Assembly: GCA_002269645.1 (NCBI GenBank)
Contig: NIVC01002541.1
Location: 1-64,000, forward strand
DNA: 64,000 bases
Direction: 5' to 3'
Source of the DNA: Macrostomum lignano
Lineage: Eukaryota
The position numbers and the translations under genes are program-made. This document shows positions 58,960 through 64,000 of the stretch, one piece after another. How positions within the stretch are numbered: position 1 is the stretch's first letter; each line of letters starts with the position of its first letter. The notes beneath the pieces are model-generated. The model was not told where the DNA came from and searched no databases. It worked only from the letters and a program-made list of their open reading frames with translations.

Positions 58960-59314
58960 CCCCCAACCCCAACTTTGTCTTACCAAAAATAACAGCTTTA
59001 ACTAGCTACCGAGCGATCGATTACTTCCACCCGCTTGAAGTCCCCATATTGTCTAATCTCCTAAGCATTTCTTTGTCCCAGCGATTCTTCTCCTCTGGAT
59101 AATCCCTATACTTAACATTGTGCCACATGCAGACAGAGTCTAGCTCGTTCACAGGCTCATGCCCAGGATTTGGATTATTGTTTTTATCTAACTGTATTTC
59201 AAGTGGATTCAAAGGCCCGCAATATTTATAGCCGGGAACTGTCCAGCCTTTGTTTGGATGAGGAAGCTTTTCTATCAGTCCATGTGAGTCTAAGTTACCG
59301 CCAGAGCGTTGCAT
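58960..59314 (-). pseudogene. Parvovirus-type phospholipase A2 (adintovirus PLA2X-like), disrupted
   Basis: PGYKYCGP (Ca-binding loop)...EPVNELDSVCMWHNVKY (HD dyad reads HN); in-frame continuation after TAA and TAG gives SIAR*LVKAVIFGKTKLGLG. Confidence 0.82.
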
Positions 59315-59343
59315 TATTTATTTAAAATTTTCTTTTTAAAAAA

Positions 59344-60339
59344 ATGACAGATCAGAAACTTAAAAAACTCTACTACAGCGACAAAGGATTCTTTGTAGGC
59401 AAAAATGCCGTTAGTAAACTCATGGAGCTGAGTAAAGAGCCAAAAGCTACAGTAGAAAAATGGCTCTCTAAGCAGGCTGTCTTTCAAGTCTATTTCCCAC
59501 CAGTAAAATTTGAAAGGCCCCATTTCAGTATTTATAAACCTAATGAGGCGCACCAAGCAGATCTTCTGTTTCTCCCCAATGACTCAGGCTACAAGTATGC
59601 TCTCACAATTACAGACATTGCTTCCAGATATAAGGAAGCTCGCCCACTCAAGACGAAGAAGTCAGAGGTTGTTGCAGCCGCACTCCAAGATATTTATAAA
59701 AACTCTCCGCTCACATACCCCCAAACCTTTATGAATGACCCGGGTAAGGAATTCATGGGTGCAGTCAAATCCCTTATGGAAAAGCACAATACGGAAATTC
59801 GCTACGGAAGAACAGACCTGCACAGGGACCAAGCGTACGTTGAGAGATTTAATTTAACTCTAGCCAAGAGGCTATTCACTAAGCAGACAGCGCAAGAACT
59901 GAAACTGAGTGCGGGGCAGTACTATACAAAATGGACAGAAAGACTCCCCACTGTTATAGAGCAACTTAACAATGAGGTCACACGCATGACTGGATTGAAA
60001 CCGTCCCATGCAATTAAACAAGACACTGTCGAACTTAAGGCATCTCACAGAACAAACACCTCTAACTACCCTAAGCTTCCAAGAGTTGAATCACCATACA
60101 TACTGACAAACTCTGAGTTTCTACGCTTTTTATATCTACCTGGAGAGCTAGAGAAAGACACCAAAAGAAGAGCTACAGATCCATACTTCAGCCTTGATGT
60201 ACATAAAATAGACAGACATTTTACCTCTGACTCTGGAGAGTATTACTTTTTATCTCAGGCCTTTAACCCTAAATCCCCCACGCGGTCATTCACTAGAGCT
60301 GAACTCCTAGTGATACCAGCTGACACAGAAATTAATTAA
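59344..60339 (+). CDS. Polinton/adintovirus retroviral-like (rve) DDE integrase
   Basis: HQADLLFLP (D)...LTITDIASRYK...NDPGKEF (D)...AYVERFN (E); 331 aa intact. Confidence 0.92.
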   Translation: MTDQKLKKLYYSDKGFFVGKNAVSKLMELSKEPKATVEKWLSKQAVFQVYFPPVKFERPHFSIYKPNEAHQADLLFLPNDSGYKYALTITDIASRYKEARPLKTKKSEVVAAALQDIYKNSPLTYPQTFMNDPGKEFMGAVKSLMEKHNTEIRYGRTDLHRDQAYVERFNLTLAKRLFTKQTAQELKLSAGQYYTKWTERLPTVIEQLNNEVTRMTGLKPSHAIKQDTVELKASHRTNTSNYPKLPRVESPYILTNSEFLRFLYLPGELEKDTKRRATDPYFSLDVHKIDRHFTSDSGEYYFLSQAFNPKSPTRSFTRAELLVIPADTEIN

Positions 60340-60356
60340 AATATTAAAATAAAAAA

Positions 60357-60821
60357 ATGACAAAGATCGAAACCAGAACCATCAATAAACTCAATAAAAT
60401 CATTGAATCAAAGAAACCAGGTCTTATATCAATTAAAGGTGTCAAAGTTAAGGTTGATCCCGTGCAGCAATTAGTTCAGTGTAATGAACAAAGACACAGC
60501 ATCACAGATGAAAAGTCAGGAGGAATCCTACCATTAGCAGCTCTTATCCCAATCATTGCAGGCGCTATAAGTGCCGCAGGTGGTGTAGCTGGAGGTGTAG
60601 CAACTGCTGTTAAAGCTGGGAATGATAGAGCCCACCAGCTAGAATTGCAAAAGATTGCAAGAGACAAAGGTATAACAATTAAGGCAGGAGATGGGTGCCC
60701 TGATTTTGATGATTGTGATGATCATGATGATTGTGAGCATCAAAATTCTGTAAGCAAGTCCGACATTGTCAAAGCCATCATGACACTGCACAATGCTGGG
60801 TTTACAATAATGCGGATGTGA
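60357..60821 (+). CDS. Adenovirus pX/Mu-like virion core or membrane-active protein
   Basis: GGILPLAALIPIIAGAISAAGGVAGGVATAV resembles adenovirus pX GGILPLLIPLIAAAIGAVPGIASVA. Confidence 0.65.
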   Translation: MTKIETRTINKLNKIIESKKPGLISIKGVKVKVDPVQQLVQCNEQRHSITDEKSGGILPLAALIPIIAGAISAAGGVAGGVATAVKAGNDRAHQLELQKIARDKGITIKAGDGCPDFDDCDDHDDCEHQNSVSKSDIVKAIMTLHNAGFTIMRM

Positions 60822-60963
60822 ATGTGAATGTGAATGTGATGAGGTTTAAAACCCCACTTTATCCAGCTTCATAAACCTAACGCTACTGATAGGATGTAGA
60901 AACAGTTCAACTTTTCTATCAGGGTGGTCACCCTCAAAATTTTTTTTATATTTTCGAGAAAAA

Positions 60964-63900
60964 ATGCCAAAAGCCAATCCAGCAAGAGATTTAGTCAACA
61001 AATATTTTTCAAAAGGCGTCTCATTTCAAGACAAAAGTAATTTACTAAGAGAAGCATGCAAACAAAAGTTTAACACCGACCCTGGTCACCTGGGAAGCTA
61101 TGAAAAACAGTTGGAAATCATCAACCAATTAGAATCCAACCAGTATGCGCCTATACAAAATCCTGCAAAGGAACACCAAGAGAGGAGTCGCAACTTAGTT
61201 AACAAATACGAAACTCTCGCTGGTGAAAAAGCAAAGTACCCACAAAATAAGCAGGAACAAGAGAAATTAGAGCAATTAATCCATTTAAAAGAGTCGGAGC
61301 TTGCCACTGAAAAGATTAATTTTGCACAGAGGAAGTTTGCAGAACATTACATAGAGTACACAATTCCAATTAACGGCACCACCGCAAACATCTACGACTA
61401 TAAAGACAGCATCCAATCAGTTGTTGATCACACACTCAAAACACGCAAGACCTTTAAACTACAGATATCATTCAAGATTGCGTTTTATATGCCTGCAAAA
61501 CCGACTGAACATCTCGAGTATTACATGACAACAAAGGCAAAGCCATTCACCCCTACAGACACACTGGATCCTTTCCTTCAAGATGTCACTAAGAAAATTG
61601 AAGCGTTTACATCCAGAGGTTCCGGATGGGTCGTAGGAGGGATTCAAAGAGCGACTGTTATGGTCATGAAATATGACCCACTTAAAGCCTCCTCTTATAT
61701 AGAGCTCCCGCATAAGCTAGCCGGAAAAAAAGCTTGCATAAATGTTAAAAATAAAGACAACTGCTGTGCTCTATGGGCAGTTCTTTCTGCACTGTTTAGC
61801 GTCCTTCACCACCCCGAAAGAACCTCAAATTATCAAAATTATTTCAAGGACTATCTCATCGAATGCGAAAAGAAGGGAATCAGGTTTGACAAAGGAGGCT
61901 TGGCGATCTCTCAGATCCCAAAGCTAGAAGAAGTGTTTAATAACAAAATTAGAATCACAGTCTTTGAGTGGAGTGAAAAAACTGAGAAATTTCAACCAGT
62001 CAGATGTAGCAAAGACGTTTTAGATCCTGAGGGGAAAAGGCGGACTGAGGTTGATCTTCTAGTGATTGGTAATTTACTAGAGGAGGCTCACTATGTTTGG
62101 ATTAAAGATCTTTCAAGACTCATTCACAAGCAGTTGAATAATCATCACGAGGCTGTTGCCATTTGCCGCTTGTGCCTTAAGCATTACAGTGGACCTGAGC
62201 GTCTTGAAAAACTAACAGAGCATGAATTATCATGTGAGGATCACCCCACGAACTGTTCTCTTCCTTCAGCTGAAGAGAAGTATCTCCGTTTTAAGAACTA
62301 TCACAAAATGGAGAAGCTCCCATTTGTTGTATATGCTGATTTCGAATGCTCAATCATGCCAGAAACTCAAAAAAATGTCCCCAATTCAGTAGCATATGCC
62401 TTTATTAATACAAAAGGACTTGTTGAGTATAATTATTTCATTGGAGAGCAGTGTGTGAAGCAGTTTATTGCCAGAATGTTAGAGTTGCAAAGAGTAATTA
62501 GCACCCTTCAGCCTGTTCCAATAATTATGTCTGAGGAGGATGAAAGCAATTTCCTTTCAGCAACTCATTGCCACATCTGCAGGAAACAGTTAACTTGCAC
62601 TGATATTAAAAACCCCACCGTTAGGGACCACTGCCACTTTACTGGGAAATTTAGAGGTGCAGCGCATAACACCTGTAATCTAAAGCTAAAATCGAACATT
62701 CATGATCTAACGATATTTTGTCACAACGCAAAGAACTATGACATGCATTTAATAGTTGAAAAAATCGACATGATTCCAGACATACACCTTGATTGCATCG
62801 CAGAAAACAAGGAGAAGTTTAAGTGTGTTGATATTAAACAGGATAATTTGGGTAACAGTAAAGGTAAGATAAGACAAGGATTCATATCAATTTCTAGCTG
62901 CCAGTCTAGACGAACTAAGCAAGAATCTAAAAGATGAACAATGTACATATACAAAGATGTTTGCAAGTAAAATTAACAACAGTGATGAATCATTTAAACT
63001 TTTAAGAAAGAAAGGCTTCTACCCCTATGAAAATATTACTGGGTATCACGTATTTGAAGAAGGTTTACCACCACAGGAAAAGTTCTTTTCAAAGCTAACA
63101 GACTCTGGCATCTCTGACAAAGACTATGAGCACGCGAAGCATGTCTATAATTACTTTAATTGTCAAAACTTCTTCCAGTATCACCTGCTTTACCTCTTCA
63201 CAGATGTGTTTCTGCTGGCTGATGTGTTTGAAACCTTCAGATGCACCTGGTACACAGCATATGGCCTCGATCCAGCACATTATGTGTCTCTCCCTGCCAC
63301 TAGCTGGGAATCTTTGCTTAAAATGAAATGGGATCAAGATCCAGATTGGTACATTGAACTTCTTACAGACATTGACATGTACAATTTTGTCGAATCGTCA
63401 AAGCGAGGGGGGATCTCAATTTGTGTTAACAGGTATGCAAAAGCAAACAATCCCTACATTGAATCTTACAATAAGGAGCAGCCCTCAAACTACATTACTT
63501 ACTTGGACGCTAATAATCTCTACGGGTGGGCGATGAGTCAAGATCTTCCAGTTAGAGATTTTCGATGGCTACTCGTATCAGAATTCAAATGGGACTTTTC
63601 ATTGGCTGCCATTTATGAGGTTGATGTTTACATTCCACCAGAGCTTCACGACTATTTCTCTGACTTTCCACCCTTCCCAGAGAACATCAAGTGCCCGAAA
63701 ATAATCGAAACTCCCTATGGAACTTGGCACCTGTCAGGAACAGAAAAAGAACATACAGAGAAACTAACACAGAATCTAAACAACAAGACACGTTACAAAA
63801 TCCATTACAAACTGCTTCAGTATTTTATCTCACTTGGTTGCAGGGTCACCAAAGTTCACAGGGCTCTTACATTTACAGAGGAAGCGTGGATGAAACCCTA

Positions 63901-64000
63901 CATTGATAAGAACACCCAGTTTAGGACCAAAGCAACCAACGACTTTGACAAGAACCTCTTTAAGTTGGCCAACAACTCTGTCTATGGCAAGACTCTTGAG
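60964..64000 (+). pseudogene. Protein-primed family B DNA polymerase (pPolB) with an EndoVII/HNH-like insert; one frameshift; truncated by the window end
   Basis: Frame 1 (60964-62875): SRGSGW...SSYIELP...CINVKNKDNCC, YADFE (Exo I), CHIC...VRDHCHFTGKFRGAAHNTCNL, FCHNAKNYDMH (Exo II). Frame +1 (62876-64000, open): KDSYQFLAASLDEL, KGFYPYE, TDVFLLADVFE, RGGIS, YLDANNLYGWAM, KLANNSVYGK. Confidence 0.93.

Larger units (their letters stand above)
57538..64000 (+). mobile_element. Integrated Polinton/Maverick (adintovirus-like) element, left part; runs off the window end
   Basis: Compact intronless AT-rich gene block: orphan ORF, PLA2, rve integrase, pX-like ORF, pPolB; A-run before each ATG; subterminal 81-82-bp repeats. 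Left boundary is approximate (no second TIR or TSD visible). Confidence 0.9.

Overview
Eukaryotic (animal) genomic DNA. GC-rich spliced exons alternate with AT-rich or minisatellite-filled introns, an architecture resembling the flatworm Macrostomum lignano (inference only). Host genes were reconstructed by hand from ORFs and splice sites: the last exon of an unidentified + strand gene (2345-2676), a secreted WSC-domain protein (-), an AMPK gamma subunit with a long N-terminal extension and alternative first exons (-), an intronless secreted M13/neprilysin-like peptidase (-), zinc transporter ZIP7/SLC39A7 (+), a CUB-like/C-type-lectin type I membrane protein (+) and Mediator subunit MED26 (-). 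Mobile DNA includes two tRNA-derived SINE families, hAT-type non-autonomous elements (one complete, with an 8-bp TSD and an internal 21-bp satellite), and a young but disrupted Mag-like Ty3/Gypsy LTR element (52249-56930). From about 57.5 kb to the window end lies an integrated Polinton/adintovirus-like DNA virus: orphan ORF, decayed parvovirus-type PLA2, DDE integrase, adenovirus pX/Mu-like protein, and a frameshifted protein-primed PolB with an EndoVII-like insert. About 25 distinct tandem-repeat arrays explain most of the long low-complexity ORFs in the supplied track. There is no CRISPR array, rRNA or bona fide tRNA gene. All homology calls come from motif recognition by eye; no database searches were run.
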